From positions 64,001 to 128,000 of the forward strand of contig CBDBCZ010000015.1 of the NCBI GenBank assembly GCA_965203295.1: a stretch of 64,000 nt of DNA. Reading direction: 5' to 3'. The notes below the pieces were generated by a model that searched no databases, had not been told where the DNA came from, and saw only the letters and a list, made by a program, of their open reading frames with translations. The stretch is from Nitrospirales bacterium. GTDB lineage: Bacteria > Nitrospirota > Nitrospiria > Nitrospirales > UBA8639. The number at the start of each line of letters is the position of its first letter. Within the stretch, counting starts at the first letter, position 1. The position numbers were made by a program, and so were the translations under genes. Below, piece by piece: positions 11,101-23,800 of this stretch.

Positions 11101-14100
11101 TTCTTGCAATCCTACAACAGGCAGTGGAAACCCGAGTAATGAGGGCACCTCCACTGGATGTCGGCAAAGAGAGTTTGGAATCGGCTTCTACCCCTCGTAA
11201 CCATGCGTCCACTGAGGTCACTGCTGGTGCGAGCAAATCTCCACCTGTAGATATCTCTGCTGCGAAAGGAGAGAATGTGATTCAAGGCAGAGCTAGAGTG
11301 GCGATTCTCTATTCTGGCGGTGTAGACTCAGCTGTACTGGCAGCTCTTACTGACAGGTTATTAATAAGTGTTTACAATGTTTGCGTTTGTGTGAATTGAA
11401 TATGTACCTACTTCTGTATTCCAGGTGCCTTGATGATTCTGAAGAAATTGATTTGATCAATGTTGCATTTGAGCAAACAGCAATCATAAAACCAGGTCCT
11501 ATTGCTGGCCCCCAAAAGAAGTATGTCAATTTTTATGTATCAGTAGGCCTGATTACTGATCATAATATGCTGTTAGCTGTAACCAACTGGTTTTATAGAG
11601 CCATTCTAGCAGTCAGCAAAATTAGTTTCAGAATACTGTGCTCTATAGCAACAAATTAATGGAACTTTGTAACATTGTAAAGCATGCAGTGTGCCTCCCT
11701 CATGTTCAATACAACATATGATAATGACACCTTTGAGTATTCAGCCAAATAAAGTACAAGCCTTCCAGCACTGCTCTTCTCTTGCTCCTAATACTAAATC
11801 TGATACCTAATGAATGTTTGTTGTCTCTTCTCAGCTTTGATGTTCCTGATCGAAAGTCAGCAATTGAAACACTCGCTGAACTCAGTTCACGTAGAAGGTG
11901 GAACTTAATTCAGGTGAGAGCTTTTAATCATATGCATACCAGTCGAATTTCTTGTATACAAATATCATCTCTTATATATCCAGGTCAATGTAACACTTGA
12001 TGAAGTGAATAGACTGAGGTACCTTCAATGTATATTATTCAATCCCTAAAATCGTAAGTAGAGGTTTATATTATATACAGGAAGGAGCACGTATCACACT
12101 TGGTCTACCCCCTGTGTACTGTACTGGATGACAGCATAGGCTGTGCCTTGTGGTGTGCTGCACAAGGAGTGGGTGTGATGTTTGGAGACAATCCTGATCA
12201 GGGTAAACTGTACAAGAGCAGGGCCAGGGTACGTTTCCTAGCTATCTATTGATGCTACGTATCTCACCACTCTATATGAGATGCTACTCCATTGTATGTT
12301 TGTTTAAGTTTATATGCATTTTTGTAGACCCTATTGGTTGGCATTGGTGCTGATGAACAATTGGCTGGCTATTCTAGGCATCGCACAAAATTTAGGTAGG
12401 TATGGAAATCTTTTACTGTCACACTAGTTGAAGACATAGAGTATAAAGCTAGGATGGTAGGTAATTTTCACCCCCACTAGTTACATACTTTGAATACGAG
12501 GAGAGAGACATGATGTACTGTATTGTGCATGAATACATTAAAAGGACCCAATTTATTCTGGCATCCAGACATTTTTCTTTTCTGTCTGTCATTCTGGTGT
12601 GACATTCAAAAGCACAGCAACCCCTCATACTGCAGAATTTTAGCCAAACCTCTAAAGAAGTTGTATATTTGCTTTTATCTTCGGGTTGAAGTCCAGACCT
12701 TCATAATGAGCAGTACAATCTTGTTTAAAACTGAAAGCTTGATAACGCCTCAAAACCCACCATTCTCAATATCATGATTGTATCAAGCAGGTTGATGTAC
12801 ATGTACTATTAAGGGACAGTAGAGGCGGTGAACTCAATTACATAGTCTTATACTCACTTGTGAATGAAAACTACATTTATCAATGAGGTACTACACTGCC
12901 AAGTGTAGTATGGTGAACCAGTGAATGTATAGTATACCCCCTTCATGCATTCTAGGTCCAGTGGCTGGAAAGGGCTAATTGATGAAGTGGAAATGGATAT
13001 CAAAAGGCTTGCAAGAAGAAACCTTGGAAGGGATGACAGGTAAAATTGCAGAAGGATAGAACAATCTTGTACTATGATGTAATGCAGCTACAGACTAATC
13101 ACTTCAGTTTTTACTCTAATTAGAGGAGCATGTTTTGATTCACCATACCCAACCATGACCCTCAAAGCTGCTTCTCCATCCAGATGTATAGCAGACCACC
13201 AGAAGGAGGGACAATTTCCATTTCTGGATGAAGAGGTGGTGTGTTACCTGCAGCAGCTTCCAATGTGGAGCAAGGTTGGACAGCATGCATGCATGTGCAT
13301 GTATATATAGGTTTTACCACGACCACAAAGAGGTTTAGTGGATATACACTGCGAGGGCAATTAAAGCCTGAGTAGTGTATCCACTAAACCTCTGAGTGGG
13401 AGTGGTATAACTGGTTTGTACCACAGCAAAACGTAGTGTATGGCTGACCACAAGAAGGGTATGAGTTTTTGACACCTAGTATATGGCTGAGCTTGCAACT
13501 TTGGTCAGCAGGCCAGCTGTCTTCTACGTAGCTGGGAAATACACTGCAGGCGGTGCCTTTGAACTATATGGCTGCTGTGGTACAAATAGCAGTATAGTTT
13601 TCCTGCACCATTAGGGAAATTTATGTTTACCCACAATACTGTTGTGACTGACTGAGTTACATAGATCATTTAGTGAGAGAAGGAGAGAAGATTTTGTGCT
13701 AAAGAGAGCGAGAATGCCACCTTCGAATTAATCCTTTGATGCATATACAATCTTGTTTGCTTTTTTAAATAGCAATATTAGTGGGCTAACAAAATCTTCA
13801 GATGATGTATAAACCTGAGCAATGAGTTGTCTTGAGCAGCTTAGCAGATTTTGACTAGAACTTGTATCTTTGTCACAAGTTATGATTGCCCGGATTGAAA
13901 TGATGGTGAAAATGTAAATCATTCACACTAGTATACTACATTGTATATATTGAGTGAATCAAATATTGCTCCAATTTTTAAAAGGTTATATCCTTCATGA
14001 GACAATGTGTAATGAAATACTTAAGTGGTAGACTAGTTAGTAAAGAGCTACATGGTTAATTATGCCTTATTTTAGTGCACAGTAGATGTACTGACCTTGC

Positions 14101-14342
14101 AAATCTGTTTTTGACAATATTGTATTATATTGGTCATGTAGGTGGACCTATCCCTTCCTCGTGGTATTGGGGAAAAGCGTGTGTTGAGAGAGGTGGCAGC
14201 AATCCTGGGGTGCCACACTGCAGCGAGACTTCCTAAGAGGGCCATCCAATTCGGATCGCGCATGGCTAAACTCTCTGGCTCCTCCAACAACAGAGAGCAT
14301 GGATCCGACATCTCTGATAGACTCCTACCACATCCCGTTTAA
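8120..14342 (+). CDS. ASNSD1: Asparagine synthetase domain-containing protein 1
   Basis: Multi-exon gene with N-terminal MCGIF (Ntn-type Cys2), [112 protein letters not shown] and [21 protein letters not shown]. Confidence 0.93.
13308..13588 (+). mobile_element. Hairpin element in ASNSD1 intron (same architecture as 7416-7603)
   Basis: Long palindrome TACCAC..AGAGGTTTAGTGGATATACACT / AGTGTATCCACTAAACCTCT..GTGGTA, followed by TTTGTACCACAGC (13414) whose inverse GCTGTGGTACAAA lies at the 3' end (13574-13586). Confidence 0.65.
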
Positions 14343-15588
14343 GACATTTGTTTCATGCACGTTGTTGAGTTTGTGTCCTCCTCATTCATGCACTGAATGT
14401 GGTCCTCATCCACTCTATTCCCCAATTTTATTTCACGAAGAAACAAAACTCTGGGGGTTGGTGGTAGTATCTTCCAATATACATACGTATAGGCTGATTT
14501 AGTCAATAGGCATCCAAATGGATCTGCATGTAATTTGTATAAGGGAGTCCATGTATGAGTAGTTGCCGAGCGCAGCAAGGCCAATAATTTCACCCTGTTC
14601 TCTAGGAATAATTATAATACAATGACCTATATACCTTTCTAATTTCTGCAATCAATTACGTAACCACACACTGTGACCCCTGTGGACTTGGCAATAACGA
14701 ACTGCAACCATTATGCAATGTATGTCGATAAGCTACTGTACACCAGGCATATTTTGTGTGCGTATAAGATTGACACGTAAAGATTTGCATGACAAAACTA
14801 AAGGGCAGCTCCTACATAGGCAGTCAGAAACTTGTAATCTTTCAACACCTGAAAGCACAAGGTTAAAAGTATACAATCTACATGTACCTGACTTCTGTCT
14901 ATAACTACAATACTTGTTACAGTTCATTAGAGTTTTTAGAAAAGTGAAAGAGCATGTAGGGATGGAAACAAAGAGGTAGGAATGACACCACAGAACTTTC
15001 ACGGGCTACCATCCCTACACATGTACATCTTTCCAACCACACACACACCACAATCCCCTCCGTGCCACACCAATGATATTCACATCCAATTATTGTATCA
15101 GGCTCCAGAAGACACCTGACCCCACGCTGGAACTTTAATTCCTTAGCAGCAACTGGCACTGCAGACTCATGATCAGCACTCCCTTCAGCATGATGATGAT
15201 AAGGATGTAGTACAACTAACACAGCACATGTACATGTACACAATATGATATAGCAAAATCTAGTAGACAGCTGCAGGGTACGGCTTATACAGCCATCCTG
15301 GTACTCTAAGGTATAGACTAAATATAACTAGCTATATTGTGTTACTATTTCGCTGACTTAAAAGCAGCAGAATTGTACCAGAGCACTTAGTGTTCATGAG
15401 GTCCTGCTAATAGTAATGTTACTCACATGCACATAATGAAACACTCTTGCAAAATTCAGGGGAGATCCATAATAAGCATATACACTGATCACAATTTAAA
15501 TATCCCTATATACACATTCAAAGAAAGTAAAACCCATGCAAAGCAATACAATAATTGTGTGACTATTTCTATACAGTCACAAGCATTA

Positions 15589-18402
15589 TTAACGCCTAAA
15601 AGCACTTAACTTCATGTATGTATGCTGTATGTTGTAATAGTCTTCAGTGCTATTAGCGTCCCTGATACTACTTTCCACACCACAAGGAAAATTAACACCT
15701 TTATGGAGAAGTGAGGTTAGGATGTCTCGGAATGAGGGCCGCAAATGTGTATCCATATTCCTGGAAAGGGCATAACAGTAAACCAATAGCTATATTGGCA
15801 TGCATACAAAAAGTTTACTAACCCGCACTGGCTCATGAGGTCACTGATCACTGAAGGACAGCCATTTGGAGGGGAAAGCCTGTATCCCCTTTCCAAGTGT
15901 GTGAGCAACTGTTTAAAAGGAAAGGTATATTTAAATAACACTCATGATATTGTTTAGGATTGGATCTTCACCTCATGACTGCTTATGTGCTCGTAGGGAT
16001 CACGTCCAAGGGTCCAAATTTCATAGAGAAGGCATCCATAGCTCCATACGTCACTAGCACTAGAATACTTTCTGAATTTCAATGCTTCTGGGGCAGTCCA
16101 CTTGATAGGTACCAGACAGTTGTTTGACACATAGTATGCGTCATCCATAAGATCCCGAGACATGCCAAAGTCTCCAATCTGTGAAAATAACGAAACCCAT
16201 ATTTAGTAAGTATAATGGTTCTACATGTTGATACTGACACTTTCCAGTAAAGGATATGAATCCTCCCAGGCCTGCTGCTTTATTCTGTTAAGTAAATCAA
16301 TAAAGCTCGGGTCTGGCTCTCACCTTACATATTTTTCCACCAGATACCAGAATATTACGTGCTGCCAGGTCTCGGTGTACAAAGCCTTTATCTGAAAGGT
16401 AGTGCATCCCCTTAGCAGCTTCAGTGCAGTGGTTAAACAGCTGAGCCGATACATCTGGATCTGTTCCGTGGCATGTTCTAGATCTACAAGGCATGAACAT
16501 ACATATAAGCATGATTACTACATTCACCAGATTTAGCTACATACTTGCAATCCGTGAGCATTTTTTGAAGAAATTTCTTGAGGTCACCATTGTGTGCAAT
16601 TTCCATAACTAGCATGATCTATACGTTTCAAGAAAATATAGTCAAGGCAGGCATACCAGTCAAGTAGGCAAGAACCCTAACCGTGTGTGTTTCCATTACA
16701 ATCCCATAGAGTCTGAGGACATTGGGGTGATTAAATTGAGACATGATGGCTGCTTCCTGTAGAAGTTTTGTTCTTTCAGCTGCGGTAATCTTGCTACTGA
16801 ATGATTTCACTGCAACTTCAGACATCATGCCAGTTGAATTGCTCCAGATACCTCTGTCCACAACACCAAAATGCCCCTTTCCAAGCTGACAGTTAATTCT
16901 GGAGAAAGAACAATCATGAGATTACATTAGATCAGTGTAGGGTTAACCTCATGCATTATACATACTCAATATCTTGTCTCCGTATTGTCTTCAGTTTCTG
17001 CTGCTGAAGTTGAACATAGAGACCTTCTTCACTTGAAGCTGGTTCTTCATAACACTCTCTGTCACAATTCAGCTGAAGCAAGCAAATGAATATAGCAATA
17101 TCTTTCTGAATATTATCTTCTAACTTCATCATACCTCTTTAGTTTCATAAAAAGGGTTAGTTTGCACTTTTACCAAAGTAGTTGCTGGAGGAAATAGAAT
17201 TCAGTGATGATGTAACCATGGATGTAAAGACATATGCAAGCTCACCTGCTTTACGTTCATGGTGTTTTCGGCGTATTTTAAGAAAAACTACTACACAAAG
17301 AGCCACACCAAGTAGAGCAAATCCTACACCAACACCAACAGCAATGCTCACAATAATGCCAACGTTGAGGGTGCTAATTGGTCTGTACTGTAAGGTGGGA
17401 AGTAGGGTAGGATTGAGTGAACCCGTTTTCTCCATTTTAGAACTTTGCTGGACTTCAGTTGAATTAGCAATCGTATGCATGGCCAGTGTAGTTGGTCTTA
17501 TAGACTCTACTTTAGAACTGAACAGGCCAAAATTAATTTCTGTAGGCATAGGCATACTGGTTTTCAGCACACTAGTACTAGGCAAGGCACTATGTGTAGG
17601 TAAACTAGGCATCAATTGATCAGCAAGATGTGACTCTTGAATGGGGTTCGTGGTTTCTGTCATTGAAAAGTCTGTGATAATTAAAGAAAATGATTTCAGT
17701 AACAGCAGTTAGCTACTAGACCACTAAAAAGACTTACTTGTCTCCAGATATAGCTGCATCACACGCCCAGTTCCTGTAGGTTCCCACTGCTGGAGATCAA
17801 CTGGATCTCTTAAGTTGCCACATGAACGGGATTCACGTTCATAAATCTGGTGTGTTTCTGAATATGCAACAATGTCGAGAGTGCCAGTTTCCCTTAAGCT
17901 TGGAAGACAAGCACCAATTATGTCCCCTTCCATAACTGTAAATGGCATTTCAACATCAGCAGAATCACAATCAGGCGACGGACTTGTTCCAGATACGTGC
18001 ACTCTGACAACTGATTCTTCCACGCGCTCATAAACAGTATTGGAGGCATCACTAAGTACTGATGCTTCCTGCCGCCTGTATACTGCAAATTCAGCTGCAA
18101 AGACACTGAACCTGTCAGTAATTTGAACGTGAAAACAAAAATGCCATCTTGTTGCTATTCCTGTGCAGACGGCAGGTGCATCACCGTTGAATATCAATCC
18201 AACATTGTCTCTGTCGTCATTAGGAGGATGACTTTCCAGTCTCGTGCCAAAGACTGGGCAAGTATCAGTTGCCATTGCGTATTTCTGGACTGCAGAAATA
18301 ATGAAAGCTGCATGATGTATTTTATAGCCATGATATACCAGTACCTACATTTGTAGCTATTTACATACCACAATATAATGAAACCACCAGAATCATCATC
18401 AT
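15589..18402 (-). CDS. RTK3: receptor tyrosine kinase with orphan Cys ectodomain, S/T stalk, TM and intact Eph-like kinase
   Basis: Signal exon 18402-18369 (MMMILVVSLYC), ectodomain exon 18289-17738, stalk/TM exon (IIVSIAVGVGVGFALLGVALCVVVFLKIRRK), JM exon CYEEPASSEEGLYVQLQQQ. Kinase motifs [40 protein letters not shown] and SDVWSYG are present. Confidence 0.9.
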
Positions 18403-19502
18403 TGTTATCACAGTAGTCATACTTATCACCAGTACGGATGTCAGCCTCAATGGTTTCTGCCCACTTCTGTATACTGGAAGGCAGAAATTGTCATATAATT
18501 TGCCCATGCACCAGCAAAGCTTCACACAGCCTACAATCCTTCTCAGCTACTTGTGCTCCTACTATTAACTACAATTGAATGTTCACTTACTCAATTCCTC
18601 TCTGCCTCCTGCAGTCTCACTTGAGCACCTCCACTCTTGCCTGAACTATATACTGAGTCTTCACTTGCTGATATTTACTCAAAACATCATGCTATATATA
18701 TGTAGCTAGCCTAGTCTAAAAGTGTAACTTGCAGCACTAGCTCAGCAGTTTTAAACTGAGCACTAGAAGCATGCAATTGCTGAGGCTTCTTGTCAGACAT
18801 TGTGTATAAGATGTTAATGTGAAACTTTGCAAATTTCCTTTGACCACTAGCAAATTCCTTTAGCAAGTTGACACAACACCATTGGTCTAATGTTTTAGTT
18901 TGGCAGACTATCGGATGTAGCACACTATTTATGGTAACTATATAAACATACGTAGTAACAAACACTTACGTTAATGGTTGGGGGCAGTCTGTTATGCATC
19001 CCCAGTAGCTAAACAGATGACAATTATCGTATTTCAAACATTTCACAGTGTAATTCCAGTTTCCTCATATTTTTTTCGGCAAAATACTACTCTGTACATC
19101 TTTTTTGAGAACCTCATTTTTAATATTGATTATTGCAATCATTAAAATGAAGTTCTCAAAAATTAAAGATGTAGAGAGTCTCAGTATTACAATGAATTGT
19201 AAAAAAAAAGGTATTGCAAGACTGCGTGATCATTTTTTGTACAATAGCTAAACTAGGCCAGCATTTTGAGTTTTGCTCGCTACGTATACACTTAATTCAG
19301 GAAGCGGAGGAAGGAGCAGCTGACTTGATCTTGACCCTGTTGCGTCATGAATGCACGGTACGCGTCCTTCGACCTATGATTAATGTCATATAGATGATGA
19401 AATATCCGGCCGCGACATATTATAGTACAAATACGGTCGCGTTTATAGTCATCAATCTATTAGGCTGGATGTACGGCACCGAGAACTAGCAACGAGACAA
19501 CA

Positions 19503-20230
19503 ATGGACAAGCCAGTGTGGATTAACGAAGAAAGACTACCTTCCCCATCACAGAAACTGATCGAAAAATCAAAGCAATCGCCGTTCATTCCTATAGGTAA
19601 GTATTAGATACGCGTCACTGTCATGGTCGTTAATGCTGTAGCTCTGACCCCTACATCAAGAGTTCGTGATATGAAGTAGTCTACAGTCCAGAAATTAAAT
19701 TCAGTATCTTCTATCACCTTTATACATATAGACTTGTAATTTAGGTCTAGTCTGGGGTACCCCGCCCCTAGCCCTCGCGTTAAACGGAGGGTCTGGTACA
19801 GACGCCGCTAGATTACGTCATTGATATGGCCTGACCAATCAGATAGTAGGTTCACTGCAGGATCTCTTTCGTTGATCGTCTGCGTGTGTCATCATATCAC
19901 AACGTCCGCATTCCAGATTGACAGGTCCACTACGACGTCTGTACCAGACTCTAACTTTCCCGTCGAGAGTCTGGCTACGCGAGACTAATTTAGGTCCAAG
20001 TACATGTCGTCACTACGTAATCATAGGCATCCCTGAAGAATTTTTGCCATAACCTTTCATCTTCCTTTGTAGGAATAGCAGGCACTGTCGCGGCACTGGC
20101 ATATGGTGCCTACGCATACAGGTTTCGTGGGCCCATGAGCACCTCCAGATACCTGATGAGACTGAGGGTAATAGCACAGTCAGCGGTTGTAGGGTCAATG
20201 ATCTTGGGACTTCTCTTCACAAGGAAATGA
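19503..20230 (+). CDS. HIGD1: HIG1 (hypoxia-induced gene) domain small mitochondrial membrane protein, HIGD1/HIGD2-like
   Basis: Two exons, 19503-19596 and 20073-20230 (missed by the ORF track), give MDKPVWINEERLPSPSQKLIEKSKQSPFIPIGIAGTVAALAYGAYAYRFRGPMSTSRYLMRLRVIAQSAVVGSMILGLLFTRK*. This has the HIG1 pattern K..PFxPxG..S..LM.LRV.AQ. Confidence 0.85.
19749..19988. mobile_element. MITE of the TAG(C/T)CT..AG(A/G)CTA family in HIG1 intron
   Basis: Starts TAGTCTGGGG and ends GAGAGTCTGGCTACGCGAGACTA, with internal IR GGGTCTGGTACAGACG / CGTCTGTACCAGACTC. Related termini occur at ~1250, ~22270, ~25965, ~31430, ~33245 and ~37500-37720. Confidence 0.55.
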
Positions 20231-20816
20231 TCTCTTTGGGACACTGAGTGCAGATAACAAGCACTATAAAGATCAGTTATTGCCACCAATTCTATCATAT
20301 CCACTTTTATTTATATACATGTAGTCACTATGAAAATTAATAATGACAGTATTAAATTTGTGATTGTACGTGAACCTAGCATGATTGGCTCTTCCTGTAC
20401 AATGTGAAACCATACTGTCCTATTTGGTCACCTATTCAAATCAAGGAGGAAATATTACTATATAGGAAATCAGGAAGGACATGGGACATGCATGGTGAAT
20501 CACAATCATTTCTTCTGTTCAGGAGAGCTACATGATTGTGTAATCGTCTCACACACGTGTACAAACAAGCCGGAATAGAATTCACCATTCAGAGTCTGTG
20601 TTTATGTAACCAAAACTCAAGCCTTATGAACTTGACATCACTTTATTTTGTTACAAGAACAGCAGGTTGATTCTATTAAACAATAGCAGCTTCTTTACTG
20701 TAACCATCACAAAATAATAACAAATGACACTGGCCATATTACCAATCAAAGTCCATAGATATCACCATTGCACAATGTCATACTGAAATACACACATTTC
20801 AAGATGAGTACCCTAG

Positions 20817-23800
20817 TCAATCTTTGTCTTGAGTCAGTTCATCAAGGATTAAGTGTCCCAATTTTCCATTTCGAAATTGCCTTAGAAAGTGTTGCGAAGC
20901 TCTTGTGTGATCATAAATCCCACCTGCAATATTTAGGCGAAAAAGAAAAAAACATAGTCTCGAGTAAAAGGCTAAGTAAAAGGCTACCTAACTACGTACA
21001 TGTACATAACCTTGTTCACAAGCCCTTTATTCTGTGGTGCAAGCAAGGCCAGGAAATGAGACCAGTGAATACCATCACATTGCCAATCACATTCACAGCT
21101 CAGAGGTCAACACAGTGACAACACTTCAAAAGGTGTACAAGTACATGTACCTAATATGCACCCACCCCGGGCCCAGGCTAGACTGCATGACATAAGTCTA
21201 TTACACACCTTGGAGCTGGTGTCTACTCAACTTTGGTGCTCAATGCATAAATCACATAGCTACCTTCCCTCATTTTATAACCTGCAATGAATTAATGTAA
21301 CCGAATAAAGTCCCAAAATTACAAGCTCAAACTTTCATGTAAGCAGCCTTGCATTCATTCTTAGTATCCATCTTGCCATCATGATATCAACTGAAAGTCA
21401 GTGTTTCCGAAAATTATAGTGGAATAACTTCGAAGTACCACTAAAATATCATCTGTCAATTTAGTGCTGTCATATTCTGCGCTCAGAGCTCTGAGAACAG
21501 TTAGCCCTGTTCCCAGGCCTGTTCTTTTATGGCTACTTTAAAGAAACACCTTTGTAGCTGGGACAGCTGAACATTCTTTGTAGCAATTATGCCATTCTAA
21601 CCTTTCATAAGGGCTCCAATTCTCTTGGCCATGTAATCTAGCACTTCTTCTATATCGTCACAAGGTTGTGGAAGATCATAATGCTTCACATACCTGAAAA
21701 AGGTAACAGTTATAGTTATTCATGGGTAGGTTTCACTATAGGCTAACTAGGTGAATGCAAAGCATTGTGGGGCGAGCGTGAGCGAGGTATAAGCCCATGC
21801 GTGCGTTAGCGGCGGCGCACCCTCAGCAGCTCTTTTGGCTCCTTCTCTCGTCTCAGTGTCACTGTCGGTGGCCTGGAGAAATGACAACTCTTCTGGCTCT
21901 AGAACTCGCTCTCTGCTGTTCCAATGTGACTTATCGCCAACCTGGAGATATATATGGCAACGCTGTAGCCTTTGCCGCTGCCGTCTACTCTGTGAGAGCA
22001 TCCCTAAGCTAGCTGCACTGCAGCCACCGTGGCCACGTGAACAATTTGGAATATTACGGAAACTATTTGAAGCGTTATATTGAAGCGCGAAGCGATATGC
22101 GGTATGTGCGTACGTACGTACACCGTACGCACAGACAAATTTTCCATTGAACACACTAGTGTGGGGCTCGCTCACACTCGCCCAATTAGGGCAAATAGAC
22201 AACTCTTTACCTAACCCTCCTACCTAGGAGCATCATTACAACTTTTTAAATGAGATTTCAGTACTAAACTAGCCTTGTACCCAGGCCTTCTACACTGTTT
22301 TTTTTTCTCGCAGCATGGAAGATCTGAGTACAAGGCTACTACGAAACCTCTCAGATGTGTAAAATATACATGTACATAGACTATGTACATGTACATGTAT
22401 GTATTGCATGCAGTTACATGCACTCCCAAGCTGTGCATGCACAACCCCGAAACCCTTTCTTTCCAACTCACTCAAACTCTTCATGCTGATTCAGAATAAA
22501 AAGCAAATAGTCTGCTATTGCTCTCTCTCCAAGTCGATGGTCTGGCAGCATTCCTGTAAATGTAGAGACACAAGATACGTTCTTGTAAAATATCGGCATG
22601 TGGGTGGGGAGCCTGGGAATAAGGTTTGTAAGACCCTGCACCTCTCGAGGCTTCATTGCTGACATGTTTCACAGGGCTTCAGGCTTTAGTATGGCATGCA
22701 GTTTGCTCGCTTATATATGAAAACTGAAAGATATCTTAATAATTATCTGAAAGATATCTTAATAATTATCGATGCAATCACTTAGCTCTAGGCCTAAAAA
22801 AAACAAACAGCGCTCACACCTAACCTAACCCACAAAACTCTATCTACACTACTGTACCCCCTTACAGTTAAACTATTTAGTCTAATTAAGCACATGAGCT
22901 ATCTAATTAAGCATTGCAAAAACAACACAAGAAATGAATGAAATCCACATGGGACAATTTAGAAGTTGGTGAGAGGTAGAAAATAGAAATCATAAGATAG
23001 AAAGAATAGAAAGAGCTCTGACTGTAACCAAGGGAACCCGGGACCTGGAAACCACCCAGCCCGTGACCGCATTAAAAATAAAAAATTTGAAGGTAGAGTT
23101 AAAAAAAAGTGGACCAAATAGGTCTTCCCTCTGTTTAAGAGAGAGTCTTTAACAGCGCCAACTCTCCCCACTCACTCAGTGCATACATGTTTCAATATTT
23201 GCCTATTATCAGATTGTCTCATGTACATGATGTACTATCCATCATCAGTGTACATGTACCATATATAATGGCTAATTAGCCCACATCCTCATATCCTGAG
23301 CAACCTTTTTTATGTTCCGGTTGTTTGTAGTGGATTTTAGGAAACTGTTATAGTCACACAATTTAATGCAGGCCCTTTAGCCTTCGCAAAACACATCACT
23401 TCTCTACAGCCCTCCTTACCGATGACAGCCAACTTCATAGCGACTTCTTCGTTGGGAATACTGGGCATCATCACCCCTACAGTAACACAAATCTTAGAGA
23501 TAATAACTGTACATATTTTTCATACTACTTTCTGTTTATGTACAATTGTAGGATATCGTTATAGTTTGAGTGACAAGTGCCTGAGTCGACTATTGCTGCA
23601 GCTATACCACTGAAAAATTTGTAAAATCTAACCCTAAGAAATAGCTACATGTGCATGTAAGTGAAGTCCAAGGGCATAAACACTAGAAACAAACCAAAAA
23701 AAAAATCAGGACGACATGGGGAGGAAAGCTCCCTCAGGTACACGTACAAGTATCATACACCTCACAGGGCCTCCGAATTCGTTAAAAAAATTTAGGGGTC

